Below are positions 1 to 16,000 of a DNA stretch of 57,915 nt, piece after piece (within the stretch, counting starts at the first letter, position 1; every line of letters begins with the position of its first letter). The notes below the pieces were generated by a model that saw only the letters and a list, made by a program, of their open reading frames with translations, ran no database searches and had not been told where the DNA came from. Source of the stretch: Fimicolochytrium jonesii (lineage: Eukaryota); NCBI RefSeq assembly GCF_025526975.1, contig NW_026515684.1, positions 558,001 to 615,915 of the forward strand. The letters are read 5' to 3'. A program made the translations under genes and the position numbers.

Positions 1-1131
1 ATGTGTGGTGAACTTGCATCATCGAACCGATCTTTGCTCATACCTATCACGCACGACATTGACGGTTTTGAACCCCCACGCCTTCGCGAGCTGGATAACG
101 GCCTGACCGACCCCCGAGTTGGCGCCGTTCTGGATAACCACATCCCCCGGCTTCAGGTCAACGAAATCTTTCAGCATTCTGTATGCTGGGATAGGGTCAG
201 TTCAGTCTTCAGCGTGCCAAGTCGTCCTTTTTCACAGTCCATATGTGTTTTTCTCACCAGTGCACGGGTTGACGCTAATAGTAGCAGCTGCAATTTTCGA
301 CACGCCCTCCTTCGGCAACTTGATCAGCTCCGCCTCCGTAAAACGTGCATGCGTTCTCCATGTTCCTACATCATAACTCAACCCTCAATAGACCGCTCAC
401 CACATCCGCATGTCACAAAATGCAACGTACCAAATCCGCTGTCCTCAGGAATGACCCAATCGCCAACCTTCAAACCCTTAATATCGCTGCCGGCCGCGAT
501 CACTTCCGCGACCCCTTCGTTCCCGCCGATGGCGCCGAATGTGTCGTTGAAGGTTGGTTTGATGGGGTATGCACCTGTGGGAGATGCGTTGTTGTGGGAA
601 AATGTTCCGATGCGGTGATCTTCATATACTCTTGGACAGACAAACCCACCTTGGATCTGATTGATGTCCGCCGGATTGATAGGACTCGCCAAGAAACGGA
701 CGTGTACGGTTGAGGATGTGAGCGGTGGGAGCGGCACTTGTACCAATCTAGGATTCGCCGTTAAAGGACAGTAAGGACAAATGAAGGATCTCCAAATCAA
801 TCTCTTCTTCCTGCGTTAAGATTCTGGTGGTATCCCGCATCCTTCCGTCCCTTCTTCCCTCTCCTCCAACCTGTCCCCAACACAAAATCACACACCTCAA
901 CACATCAGTAGGGTTCCCAAACTGCTTATATGTCAATGCCGCATACGATGTTGGAGCCACGCCCGCTCCTGCGCCAGCGTTCGTACTGTAAGCATGCGCT
1001 GAAGAGGGGATGGCGGCGGCGGGGATTGCGAGCGGGCTGGCAAGAGGGATGGCGAGGTTGTGGTGGGTGAGGTGACGCGCGAGGGCGTGGATGCGCAGCG
1101 TCGAGGGGAGGGTGCGGGCGGAGCGGGACAT
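1..1131 (-). CDS. ETR1: Mitochondrial trans-2-enoyl-ACP/CoA reductase (MECR/ETR1-like, MDR family); multi-exon, 3' end runs off the window
   Basis: Exons read [19 protein letters not shown] / [18 protein letters not shown] / [15 protein letters not shown] / [11 protein letters not shown] / [24 protein letters not shown]; Arg/Ser-rich N-terminal targeting-like peptide; GT-AG introns. Confidence 0.9.
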
Positions 1132-1465
1132 GGTTTACGAGTGGGTTTGCTAGCGATGGGACGGGATGGAACCTAAGCGCCGCCCAGTCTTGCTTGTGAT
1201 GGGAACCGGTGGGAGAGAGCCCTCACGCGTCTTTCCGCTTCTGTTTGCGTTTTGCCGGACAGCTGTCGAGCGCATCCTACCAGGCGACGGGGCACAGTAG
1301 GCACAGTAGCCCCCAATCTGCGTCTCCCCCTCTTACCTTCGCAAAACCTGTGGTTTGTCAGACATCAAAGTAGGGACGAGCGGCAGGGCTTTCTGTTGGG
1401 CCCATACAAATATCACTGCAACATCACGAACTCTCATCGCGAACCCCAGAAGTACTCCTGCGACA

Positions 1466-2842
1466 ATGTCAGGAGCATCCCGCTCAGCGGCCGTCAAACG
1501 GCTCATGAAAGAACTGTCGGATTTGCAGGCTGACCCGAGCCCGGAGTTCACCGCCGCGCCGTTGGAGGATAATCTGTTTGAATGGTGGGTTGGGGCTTGT
1601 CAGGGGATGTGGGCTCTCCGTGTTGAGGCAGGTCCGGCTGTATATGCCAGGGTTGCTGGCGAATTGAGTTGGTATCCATTGAATGTTTTGATGTTCTGTC
1701 TCCTGATGGTCTTTCTGTTGCGCAGGCATTTTACGATCCGCGGACCGCCGGAGGCCGGGTTTGAAGGCGGGCGCTATCACGGCAGGTACGCTTAACGTCT
1801 CAATCGTACATGACCGTAGCGTTCATCAGAAGATCTAACACCCCACAACCCATAATCGCTCTCTAGACTCATCTTCCCCCCCGACTACCCGTTCAAACCC
1901 CCCAACATCTCCTTCCTAACCCCCAACGGGCGTTTCGAGGTCGGCAAAAAGATCTGTCTCTCCATCACCGGCCACCACCCCGAATACTGGCGGCCAGCCT
2001 GGGGCGTGCGACTCGCTCTCGTTGCGCTGATTTCGTTTTTGCCGACTAAAGGGGATGGCGCGATTGGGGCGCTGGATTATACGGTTGAGGAACGCAGGGT
2101 GTTGGCGGGGAGGAGTCGGGGGTGGAGGTGTGGGGTTTGTGGGGTTTGTTGTGGGGATGTGTTACCTGATGAAGCCGTGGCGCCGAGTGAGAGGGTGCGC
2201 GGGGAGGCGGAGATTAGGTTTTCGACTGCGGAGTCGACCTCGGCGGGTTTGGAGAAGGGCAGTGACGAGAGTGGCGAGGGACAGGGACGGGCGGGACAAA
2301 ATATGGGACCGGGTGCTGCTGATGCTGCTACTGGGGATGCAAAACCTTCTCAGGCGACGGCCGAGTCCACGCCGGACGCCAATATCCCCGTCTCTCCTAT
2401 CGCGGCACCTCCTACGTCCATAGCCGCCCATCAACCTCTACCCCAGTCGACCCAACCAATCGACTCAAAACCCTCCACATCACAACTCAGACCTCAACCC
2501 GCCACCCCCGTTGCGAAGATCCCACCATCACCGTCTGCCGTCCCGCCACCAGCATCATCATCATCCTCATCATCCACCACCGCCCCTCCCTCACAACCGC
2601 CTGCCCCCCACGCCGTAACAATCTCACCCACCCCTTTACCCCACCTCGATCCCACCCCAACCCCGACCCCCACACCTGTACCCCAACCCGCACCCCCGCA
2701 ACACCTAACAGAAATCCTCCGAACAATCGACCGCGCCCTCGCCCTCGTCTTCCTCCTCCTCGCGTACTTTGTCATCAGGCGCGTGTCGAAGCTTGTTGAG
2801 GGGGAGGCGAAGGGTGGTGCCGGGCGGTTTTGGGCCGAATGA
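1466..2842 (+). CDS. ER membrane-anchored ubiquitin-conjugating enzyme E2 (UBE2J1/UBC6-like); 2 introns
   Basis: AVKRLMKE..PLEDNLFEW/HFTIRGP..FEGGRYHGR/..PPDYPFKPP..LTPNGRFE..KKICLSI..HPEYW; hydrophobic C-terminal segment ALALVFLLLAYFVI. Confidence 0.9.
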
Positions 2843-3107
2843 GTTGGACTGGAAGGGGTGATTAAGGGATGTGTAGGCCGGGCGTGTCTCGTGTGTTCCT
2901 CTGTTTTGGGTTGGGTTTTCTGTTTTGGGAATGGTCAATGGAATTCATATATAACATAAGAACAATCATAAATCCGGTATTCGCCCATAAGTTTGATTTC
3001 TGAGTTTAACTTTCTGCGTTTTACAGTATCATATTTACGTTGGGGTCGAAGGGGGTATACAACATCCCACAAAAGGGAAGAATTTTTTATGTGAAGCGCT
3101 ACATAGT

Positions 3108-4837
3108 CTACACCAAACTTTCCATCTCGACGACAACCCGTTCCTCCGAATACGTCACACCCCACGCATCGTCCTCCTGACCATCCTCCTGCTGCTCATC
3201 CCGACCCTCACAATCAACCGCACAGGTATATACAATAACCGTCCCGAAATCCATACCGGCGGCGTGCCGGTCCAGGAAAGTTGATAGTGTGTTTTTCGGT
3301 TCCCGTTGTGATTTGTGCGGGGAGGGTGGTTGGGACGGAAGGCTGTTGGACGATTGTTGCGCCGCTGATGATGGTAATTGCTGATGTGGTGTTGTCGGGT
3401 CCTTCGCACGTTTCACAGCCCTCGGCACACACTCCTCCGTCGGCAACAACCCCAACACCATCGGCATCAACTGGCACTCAAACACCCGGTCGCCTCCACA
3501 CCGTGTGCATTTGCCCCGTCCTTTATCGTCGCGACTCTCCCGATAATGCACAACCTCCCCGCCCACCCCGTAACGCACACACTGCTCTGGATCCGCTTCA
3601 ACGCATTTCGCGAACCGTTTGAATGATTTGGTGTAGTGTTTTGGGGCGGTTTTTTCGTACGTTTCGCCTGTCCATGTTGCGTCCTCCGCTGAATTCGAGG
3701 TGGTGGGGCCGGTGGTGTCCAAAGTGGTTTCGGTGCGTTGGTATTCGGCGAGGAGAGCCAGTTCGTGGGCGTAGGTGTCTTCGGAGGGTGTGTCAGAGGG
3801 CTCGGGGACGAATTCGAGGGGGTAGGCTGGGAAGGTTGGGGATGACGACCAGGTTAAGGTTGGGGTGGAGAGTGTGAGATTTGTTTCCAGGGAAGCCGTT
3901 AGTGCTTCGATGGCGGGGTCCGTCGTTAATTCCGTGTTGGGCTCTGGCAGGGCTGCAGTGGCATCGTTTTCTCCGTCTACTAGCGTATCCCCACGATCGA
4001 CAACGCCCTCTCCGTTTTTAGGTTTCTTCTTCGTTTTCTTCTTCTTCGGCTTCTTCTGTTTCTCAGCGGCCCCATCCTCGTCCTCATCATCGCCCCAACC
4101 ATACTTCCGATCCCGCAACTCCAACAGACTCTGCAAGTCGCTCGCAGGCGACGGTGCCGGTGATCCAGCAGCAAATCCAAACGGCGATGGAGCGGGCGAG
4201 GGCGACGCCGGCGCAGGTGACTCACTTCCAAACAGCATAGGCGTTTTGGTGGGCGTCGGGCCCGTGAACGTATCTCCAAATGAGAACGTGGCTGGTGTCG
4301 GCAAAAAGGACGGCGGTGTGGCCACGGTAGCAGCAGTCGTCACAGGTGTTTGGAACCCGTTCTTTCCGTTCCCCGTCATCGTCGTCGTCGGTGTATCCGG
4401 AAACACGTTCGCCTTCTCCTTCTTCGGTGTCGCCAACCCCACCTCCGCAGCCTCCCGTCTAACCCGTTCCCTCCTCCTCTTAACAGCCTTAACACACCTC
4501 CAGCTCCCCTCCCTAGCCCCACACATCCTCCGATTGCATCCAAAGATATACAGCACGCGATCGGGTTTATCGAATTCGGCGCGTTGGGCGAGGAGTTGCG
4601 CGATGAGGAAGAGGGGCGCGGTGCAGGAGGTGCAGGTGGACCATGTTGCAGGTGGGGGGCGGTGCGGGGTGAACCAGACCTGTTGAGGGATATAAGACGT
4701 GAGTTTCTCGACGGGTACGGGCGGAAGGGAAGAGAGTAGAAACTTACGGGACGACCACCAATTTTGTCGAGGTACGGGTCTGTGTCGTCTGCGAAGGGGA
4801 GCTTGTCGCACGGATAGCCGATATGTAAGGCGGTCAT
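3108..4837 (-). CDS. TSR4: TSR4/PDCD2-like protein (PDCD2_C domain); one intron near 4684-4747
   Basis: DKIGGRP-W start, CxxC..LFLIAQL..DRVLYIFGC, ETYEK, PEQCVRY, CTRCGGDRVFECQLMP, GMDFGTVIVYTC. Confidence 0.85.
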
Positions 4838-5428
4838 TGCGACGTAAGGAGGACTCTTGGTGTTGCTGCGAATAAATTGCCCTTCTGCCCGTCCCGCACT
4901 CTCTGTTTCTCATATGCTGGCATGTGTGAAAGTGGACAGAGAGTGTTTCTCAGGGAAAAAAACAAAGGGGGAAAATGGGGAGCAAACGAGGCCTCGTGAC
5001 TCGCGAATGCAATTTATTTCACGTTGGTCTCCAGCTCGCACAAGAACATCCTGCTTTCCGTTCACGTTCACACTGCCAGAATCATATTCACTATTCATGT
5101 GGTATATATCATCGGCCAGACTGCAACCTGCAAGCCGTTCCTTCCACAATCCGCCGTCGGTAGGTGGTACTGATTGCTCTTGGGAACCAGCAACCGTCCG
5201 CTCCGATCCATATTCGATTTGTATACACGCCACGGCCCCCATCGCTCAGGCGCGCAGGAACGACGTCGCTGCCTCAGCCGCTTCCCCAAGTGCGATCCCC
5301 AAAGCCCTGCCAAAAAAAAGTTCAACGTCCATACGTCACATACAACAACCGTAGTATGACATTGAGGAGGATCATCCCCCTCTCCCTCCGAAACCGTTCG
5401 CCCAACTTCCCCACATTTCATGAATTCC

Positions 5429-6210
5429 TCATCCCAGTCGATCGCTCATGAATTCTTCTTCGAGCAATTGCTTTTGCTTTTCTCGGAAATCCCTCTGGAG
5501 TCGTGGGTCATCTCCTTCGATGCCGATACCCTGGGAGGATTGTGTCAGGAATTTGTACTGTGCCCTGTACACAGCAATACTCCTTTGAGACATACCATTT
5601 GTGCCGTCTTGGCCTCAATGACATAGTGGTTGTCGCAGTTTGGGCAAAACTCGTCTTCCTCCTCGTAGTTGCTAAAAACAGATATCATTAGCTGGGAATA
5701 CTCAACCTCAGAATTCCCAGACCTTGATATACTCACGACATGTCTTTCCGAAACACCTTCTTGCACTTCTTACACGCAAAGCACATTTCCAGCGTTTTCC
5801 TACGTGTACGAAACGAGTCAGAAGAATTCCGTAGCAAAGACGTCGTTGCGGGAATAATCGGCGAAGGGCATTCTGGCGCCTAAGAGGCAGTGTGGATTTG
5901 CACACTCCTGCGCCTTCCTCCATCAGATGTCGCCCGCTCCCACGGCTTCGCTATCCCGCCAACCCACTCATCCCTTCCCTCAATCCAGTCCCTCCGCCTG
6001 CCCCCCGTGCCTCCTTCCTCATACCTCAAATTATGGTCCGAAACCTCAGCGTGACATTCTGGACAGTCGAACCACTTCTTGCAGCAGGGCGCACGGACAG
6101 CGACCTGTGCGTTCAATACGTGTTTGCCTGTGATTGGAGATAATTGTCAGAAGTTGGACTTCGCGGGGTTGCAGGAAGAGAAACGCTTAACGGCGCAGGG
6201 ACTTACACAT
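5429..6210 (-). CDS. Small CHY-type zinc finger protein, multi-exon
   Basis: MCK/HVLNAQVAVRAPCCKKWFDCPECHAE..DH, CKKCKKVFRK, EEEDEFCPNCDNHYVIEAKT, last exon GIEGDDPRLQRD..DRLG*. Confidence 0.8.
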
Positions 6211-6520
6211 GGGTGAGTTAGAGCGAGCGTTGAGAGAACAGAGAGGTGTCGGTAGTCGATTCGGGCCCGTGAGAATAGCCGGGTTTGCGAGCGATGCTGC
6301 TGTGCAAATGGCGAGGGTTCTGATCAGTGAGAATTGCCCAAGCATATTCGGACGGAACGCGCGACGCAAGGGAACTTTATCTCAGTCATGTCATCGCTGG
6401 TCATGTGATTCCGCAGAGTTTATTTCCCGTGAGGTTTGTCGTTTCTCGCTCTCTTTTCTCCTCGTCTTTTCCCTTGGCAAACCGCCTTACCACTGACACC
6501 CCCATCACGCTCTCGCCGCT

Positions 6521-8683
<2,163 letters not shown>

Positions 8684-11600
8684 TGGGGCGTGGATTTAGA
8701 TAGCCTTTTGCATAGCTCTCGACGCACACCCCCGAATTGGCCTGGGCCGCAGGGCGGCTAGAGCATTAATCGAGCAAAAAGGGTTTGGGAATTGGAAACT
8801 TGGCGTAGCTTCCTTAGTTTGTACATGTATTTATCCATTTTTATAAGCATTAGCATTATCATCTCCGCAAATATTAGCCCAGGCTTTGCAGTGCATGTGG
8901 TGCTGGGAACCTTTCTCTTACTTTGCCCACGGTTGCGCTGACGCTATCGCCCTTGTAAGTGACAAGTGATCGCGTGCGTCCAATCACCGAGGAAACCTTG
9001 GCACAAGTAAGAGTGGGCGAAACCTGTGCCTTGCTGCACTCTTTGTGGACTACATAAAGAGGAGAATACGCAGTCCAAACATTGGGAACAAAGCTCAAAC
9101 CCATTGCAAAACTTGGCAGGAGAACCACGAAAGGGTCGGCACTGCGGGGAATCTTGCAGGCAGTGATTGGACCCGCCAACGCCGATGCCACCCCGCAGGG
9201 AGAGGAAAGAGCGCCCGAACTTTTGAACAAGATCTTTCTGGCAGATGCGAGTCGCCAAGGCAATCGGTCACAGTGCTGTGAGCTTTTGCGGTCATTGACG
9301 GGAGAACGTCTGGGGCGGTCTGAAAGGGAAGTGCGGTCGTTGCAGTGCGATTGGATCTCGAGGTGTTGCAATCTCGGGCCGCCCGGGCCACTTGCTCTCC
9401 CTGGTCGGGGGAATCAACCGCGGCATTCATGCGGAACAGACATCGACTGGAAGCCGTTTCCTTTTCTTTCGAGGTCCTTCAAGAAAATGGAATGGTCGGA
9501 CAAGTCGATGCGGGGTAGCGTCAACTTGCATGCCGACCTGCATGAAACTGATCCCACGCCTGCTGAAAATGCCCAGCTCGCCGATGAGATAGCCAGCATT
9601 GCGCTTTGGTCTTGGTCTTACAGATCCGCCCCGAGTCCGCGGGCGCTTTATGGGTTTACTACTTGCACATCCGGATTCATCAGAGGACGACGAGTCTTGC
9701 CGCAACGCTGCCAACTCGCGAGTGAAACGTGATTTTGCTCACGAGTTTGCAGGAGTTGCGGCGAGTCTTTGGTTGCGACGCGACACGGACTTGCATTGGC
9801 GAGGAGGACTGAGGACATTGAGCAGACGGACACAGCCTTGGATTGAGAGCCCTCGGGGCCATCGGCAACATCGGTTGAAGTGCCTCGTTGGAGATCAGTT
9901 TGTTGCTTCCGAAAATTTTGGCAATACCCTTAGCTTGTATCGGGTTCCGCCGCGGGAGGGCCCGTCGTATTCCGATGGTGCCCATGGATGTTGGGGTGGA
10001 CGCCATCGTTATCCGGGAAAACTTTCGCTTTAAACGAAGACGCCTCACCCGAAGGCATGCCCAAAAGTAGTAGGCGCTACCGCAGCAGGCGTGTCAATGA
10101 GCCCAACGAGCACGGTTCTATATCAGATGAGGAAGATGAAGTTAACCAGCACGGGATGCGGGACGACTCGGAAAAAATTAGGCTTCCGCTGCACATTCTG
10201 AGTCGGGTGCGAGGTTTTGCCCGCTGACTCTCAGATAGCGCGGTCATTGTCAAGGAACGAAGAGGGCGTCAGAATCCTCATTCTATGGTGGTGCGCGCGA
10301 TGATACCCCGTAGAGTAAAGCCGATTATTGTCTGGGGTTCTGCAAACGGAGCAGTGACTGGGTGCCTTCGCCTTACCGTGAACACCGGTCTCCAAACCAT
10401 CCAAAACTGTCTCAGAACCCGGCGGAGGAATTCAACACCCATGTCAGCTGCCTATGGTTTTCAACGGGGCACTGTACAAGGACCCAATTCATTTGGAGCA
10501 GATGCAAAATTCATCGTGGGTGTACCGGAAACCCCATATTACTATCTCAGTGGAGATGAAGAAGAAGGTAGATGAGCTGGAGATGAGCTGGAGACCGGAG
10601 AGCCGCTGACGCAGATGCCACTCAGAGCACAACAAGCACTTTTAGCCAACGAAACCACAACATCATTCCAAGCAGGAAAAAGACAGCAGCTCGTACGCTG
10701 CTACCTCAACTCAAACAGAGTTTACACTCTGTACCCATAGCCTCCCGACTCCCTTGTTCAAGAGGGTGGACTTGGTCAGCGTTTCCCGCGACAGTAGAGC
10801 CACAGCGAGCCAAAAGTTACCTGCGAAAGAAAACGTTCGGCTTCGCCAAAGGGGCTCAATTTTCCCGGAATGAAGCGTGAATCTTACACGACGGGCAGTG
10901 GCGCTTATGTAGCGCGTAACTCGGACATTACGTGATCCACGGCACGGATGGAAAGAAACGCGCATGTTGGTTGATTCACTCTGTTCGCGATTTATGGCCT
11001 CCAGGCCGACTGGGGAAAGACCAGATGGCTGGGCAAGTTCTTGGAAACCACAGAAAATCCGCTGCGTTCGTACCCCATGTGATGTATCGACGGAGCCAGG
11101 AGAGCGGCCATACCTCAGTGTTACGGATGGAAACCATAGGAAGTGATGGAAGGGCATCTACAGCGCTTGCAGCGTTGTAGACGATGTAATGTTTCGCGCG
11201 TGCATCCGTGTTCCAAGAAAACCGTGATCTCCGGCGAACCTGAACGCATACCGCCAGGCAAGCACGAAATGCATCACTACAGGAGGCGGCCGTCCGTACG
11301 TACGCAGCAGAATCTCTGGAGAAACCATCCGCCAAGAGCCCGCGATCATGGAGATCGACGATGTTTTGCTGTTTTCCGCCAGCGCCGACCTTTCCGCCGT
11401 CACGCCGACGCGTGGGCTGCTTTCGGACGCGTTTCAGGACCGACGCGTCGGCTTCGCTCACAGGTCCCGTTGTCGTTGTCGTAGGCTGCTTCCCTGGTGT
11501 TCTCCGCTATGGGTGAAATGAGAGTATACAGACAATTAGAAACTATGTTGTTGGGTTCTACGTACTGATCATTGTCGTCTGTTCTTTTTCCTTCAGACGG

Positions 11601-13093
11601 GAGTCTCTGCAACGCTGTCAGCCTTCTCCCACTCGGGCTCTGGCTCGGCCAGGGTCCTCGTGTCTCTGGCCGTGTCGTTCTTCCGCTCGGCTACTTGACC
11701 GATATGATGTATTCCCGAAGTGTTTTGCGTTGGAAATGGGAACGGGGGAGCGCGTTGGTTACAGTAACACGAACAATGAGCGACTCGTCTACAACGAGAG
11801 GTACAACGAGAGCGTGTCCGGAACTTCGAAAGGGGAAGGCGGGGATAGCCTTCTGATAAGCGCCAGCGAAGTGCGGGCGGAGATCTCTCAAGACAGGAAC
11901 CACCATCTCTATGCGTTCAAAGCCCGTGAAACTGCTCGAAGATTTCATCCGGCGCATGCGAGCAGCAACGTCCGAGTTGTTCCGGGAGCCCTGAAGACAT
12001 GTCTTGGTGTACGAGGTGGCGTTCTCCGCGAGTTGACCCACCACAAATCCTAGGAACGATGCCTATCGAACCGCTTACAATAGGACAACGGTGATGCTAC
12101 TCCGCCGCAAAGCTGATCGGCGCCAGGCTATCCCGTTACCGCTTCAGCCCTGCCTGGACGACAACGTACACCATTTTCAAGCGTCCCTGGTGGAAGGAGA
12201 GTAGGTGATCGGGGCCAGGCTACAAATGCATCAGGGAGAATCAGGGGTAGAAAGGCCATCGAGGAGCGAGTGTCTTCACTACGACGCACCAGAGCAGAGA
12301 TCCGCCCTTTCCTGTCATCTATGCAGCATTGTCAATGACACGAGGAAGATCGAGTTCATGCAGATTACGCGTACATAGCGGTTCAGTGCTGGCATCAATC
12401 ATCACCCCACGCCTTTTGCGCTTACACCAGCGGAAAGAGAACGGATGGACTTCCGTTAGACACGGAAGAAGTTGTTCGAGAAACAGCGAGGAGATCGCTC
12501 CGGGCAGATTCACCCTTTGAACCGAAGGATCTGTTTGGCTCTCTGCTAGCTGCCTCATGTCGAACCGATTTTGTATACGGAGGGACGTCATGGGGAGATG
12601 TCGTCGATGCAGATGCGGAGGAGCCGATTCTGGGAAAGGGGAAGCAAAGGGTTAGCTCGCACCCCCCGCATCCTGAGGAACGGGTCAGCCCCGTCCGATG
12701 AAAACGAACACGAAACGAACACCCGTTTTGGAAAGAAGTGATAGATGCCGAGCGTTAGAACTTTGCGGTCCCGCATTGGGACATTTCTTGTGACTCCAAT
12801 CTCCTTTACATCCGGGAAAGAAACCATTGATGTGCGAGAAGAAAGCTCCTTATCAAAAACGAAACTTGATATTTGTAAAAAGCCAAAAAAAACGGCGTGA
12901 AATCTACATGTTTATCTACAGAAATGTTTGGTATGTCACAGAAGGATGGGGTTTCCTTTCTACAAATGCTCTAATCGGAATCTACAAGTGGAGGTGAAGG
13001 GGAAGGGGTGATATACAAATGAGAGGGCTTCCTAGTCTGATCCGTATCGATCGAGAGTACAAGCTATCTACAAAGAAGGAAGAGGGGCGAGAT

Positions 13094-16000
13094 CTACGCG
13101 GACTTGGACTGCGGCAAGTCCGTCGCGAAGGTGGTCTCGATGCCTAAAGATTTGTTGAAATCGTCCGCAACCTTGCCCAAGGTCTGCAACTGCTGGACGG
13201 TCAACGCCGAGATCTTGGCTCCTTTCGCACCAGCCGCCGCCGCCGCTTTCACGACCTCCTGCGCGTTACGGCAGGCCGTGATCGCCGCGTCCCCGGGGTT
13301 GCACTGGCCAGCGAGACGGGTGCAGATGGCGGTGGCGATGGAGGTCGGGTCGAGCGCGGAGGCGGTGTTACCAGCGACTTGGTCGTCGTCGCCGAAACCG
13401 GCTGGGATGAAGCGGACTTGGTCCGCGTGGTCGGGGAGGTCGTCGACCTGGAGGCCGACGGCGAGGGCGAAGGCGGAGCCGAAACATTGGTCGACGCCGG
13501 TGCCGTCGGAGTTGGTGTCGGGACCGGGGTTGGTGTCGATGGGGGCGGCGGTTTCGGTTGCGGCGGGAGCCGTTTCGGTGGCGGTTTCGGTGGCACTCTC
13601 GGTAGCAGCGGGAGCGGTGGTCTCGGCGGCGGTCTCGGTAGGAGTCTCAGCGGCGGCGGTGGTCTCGCTGGCGGTCTCGGTGGCGCTTTCAGTGACGGCA
13701 GTGGTGGTCTCGCTGGCAATCTCGGTGGCACTTTCAGTGACGGCGGGAGCGGTCTCGGTCGCAGTCTCGGTAGGCGTCCCACCAGCAGCAGATGTCGTCT
13801 CAACAGGGCTCGCGGTGATTTCAGCAGGCGGCGCATCTTCCTTTCCAGCCGGCAACGTCTCCGCAAACGTCGTGGTGATCCCAATAGCTTTGTTAAACTT
13901 ATCAGCAACCTCTCCAAGCGCCCTCAACTTGCCTGCGTCCAACGCAGTAATCTTGGCACCTTTAAGTCCAGCAGCAACAACAGCCTGCTGAGCAGCCCTG
14001 CACGCCGTCACAATCTCCTTCGCAGCTTTACACTGATCACCCAGGCGATCACAGATGAAGTTGGCGATGATGGCTGGGTTCAAGGCAGAGGACTGACCAC
14101 CGAAGATGGGATCCTTTTGGAACCCGCCGGGGATGAAACGAACCTCCTGCGCGCGCTCGCCAGAGGGGTCGGCGCCGAGAGCGACTTTGAGTTCGGCGGC
14201 GGCAGGGGAGCAGGTGCCAAGGCTGCTGGCAGGTGGAGTGTTGGAGCCGGAGCCGCCGGTGTTGGAGCCCGCGCCCTGTTGGGCAGAGGTGGGAAGCGTT
14301 GTAGCGAAGTTGGTGGTGATTCCCAGGGCCGCGTTGAACGTATCTGCGACTTGTCCGAGAGCCTTAAGCATATCCGCATCCAGAGCCGAGATTTTCGCAC
14401 CCTTGACACCACTGGCAGCAACGGCTTGCTGCGCGGTCCTGCAAGCACCAACCGTTGCCGCGCCCGCTTTGCACTGATCATTCAACCGGTCACAGATGAA
14501 GTTGGCGATAATAGCCGGGTTGAGCGCTGAGCCTTGGGATCCGAAGATAGCGTCTTTCTGGAAGCCGGCGGGGACGAAACGCACTTCTTGGGCCCGTTCG
14601 CCGGCGGGGTCGGCGCCGAGCGCGACCGTTAAGGCTGCTGCGGTGCTGGAGCAGGAGCCGAGACCGGATGATGCAGGGGGGGTGTTGGTGTTACCGGAAC
14701 CGGAACCGCTGGAGGGAGAGACGGCCGAGTTGGGGAGTGTAGCTGCAAAGTCACTCTTCAAGCCAATTGCCGCGTTGAAGGTGTCAGCGAGTTGACCAAG
14801 AGCCTTCAATTTCGCGGCATCTAAGTTCGTAATCTTCGCGCCCTTGATTCCCTGACCAGCGCTGGCAGCGACAACCTGCTGAGCAGCACGACACGCAGTA
14901 ACGGTGCTCGCAGCGGCTTTACATTGGTCGTTCAATCTGTCGCAGATGAAGTTCGCAATAATAGCGGGGTTGAGCGCCGAGCCTTGAGATCCGAAGATGG
15001 GGTCTTTCTGGAAACCGCCCGGGATGAAACGGACTTCTTGGGCGCGGTCGCCTGAGGGATCGGCGCCGAGGGCGACGGTGAGGGTTGCGGCGGAGGCGGT
15101 GCAGGAGCCGAGAGGGGCGGCTTGGTTGTTTCCGCCTTGGTTGCTGTTTCCGCCTTGGTTGTTGTTTCCACCTTGGTTGTTGTTTCCGCCTTGGTTGTTG
15201 TTTCCACCTTGGTTGTTGTTTCCGCCTTGGTTGTTGTTTCCACCTTGGTTGTTGTTTCCGCCCTGGTTGTTGTTTCCACCTTGGTTGTTGTTGTTTTCAC
15301 CTTGGTTGTTGTTTCCACCCTGGTTGTTGTTTCCACCCTGGTTCGATCCGGTGTTGGCACCCTGAGCCTGAGCCGGAAGCGACGTGGCCAAATCGGTAGT
15401 GATACCAATTTTGCTGTTGAATTGGTCGGCCAACGCACCCAGCGCCTTCAACTGCTCAGCGCTGAGGTTGGTGACTTTCCCGCCTTTCGTGCCGGCGCCC
15501 GCGGCGGTCGCGACGACCTGTTGGGCGGCTCTGCAGGCGGTGACGGTGGCGGCGCTGGCTTTGCATTGGTCGTTTAGGCGGTCGCAGATCTATCGAAGGG
15601 AATGCAGTGTGAGAGTTGGCTCTACAGTTTTCAGACTAATACGGAGAGAGGGGCACTTACGAAGTTGGCCACGATAGCGCCATTGAGAGCAGATCCCTGT
15701 CCACCAAAGATAGCATCCTTCTGGAACCCCGCAGGCACAAACCTGACCTCCTGGGCGCGTTCGCCAGAGCTATCAACCCCAACACCCACAATAAGTGCCG
15801 CGGCGCTAGCCGAACAGCTACCGAGATCCTTGTCTCCCTGTGGAGGTGTAGCAACTTGCGTCTGAGTCGCAGGTGGTGTCTGGTCCTGAGTCTGAGTCTT
15901 TGCGGGCGGTGCCTGCGTCTGGGCAGGCGGTGGGGTCTGGTCCTGAGTCTGAGTCTGCGCAGGGGGCGCGACCCCGGAATCCTTGAAGTCGGTAAATCCG

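Noticed and set aside
8746..8762. GCCGC-AGG-GCGGC hairpin followed by TAG as a Helitron 3' end
   Set aside because: Spacing to CTAG and the following base do not fit, and no Helitron 5' end or RepHel remnant is seen
13104..15577. Long plus-strand ORFs opposite the secreted repeat protein
   Set aside because: Antisense shadows of a GC-rich repetitive CDS; the same applies to shadows over TSR4, the chitin synthase and pol
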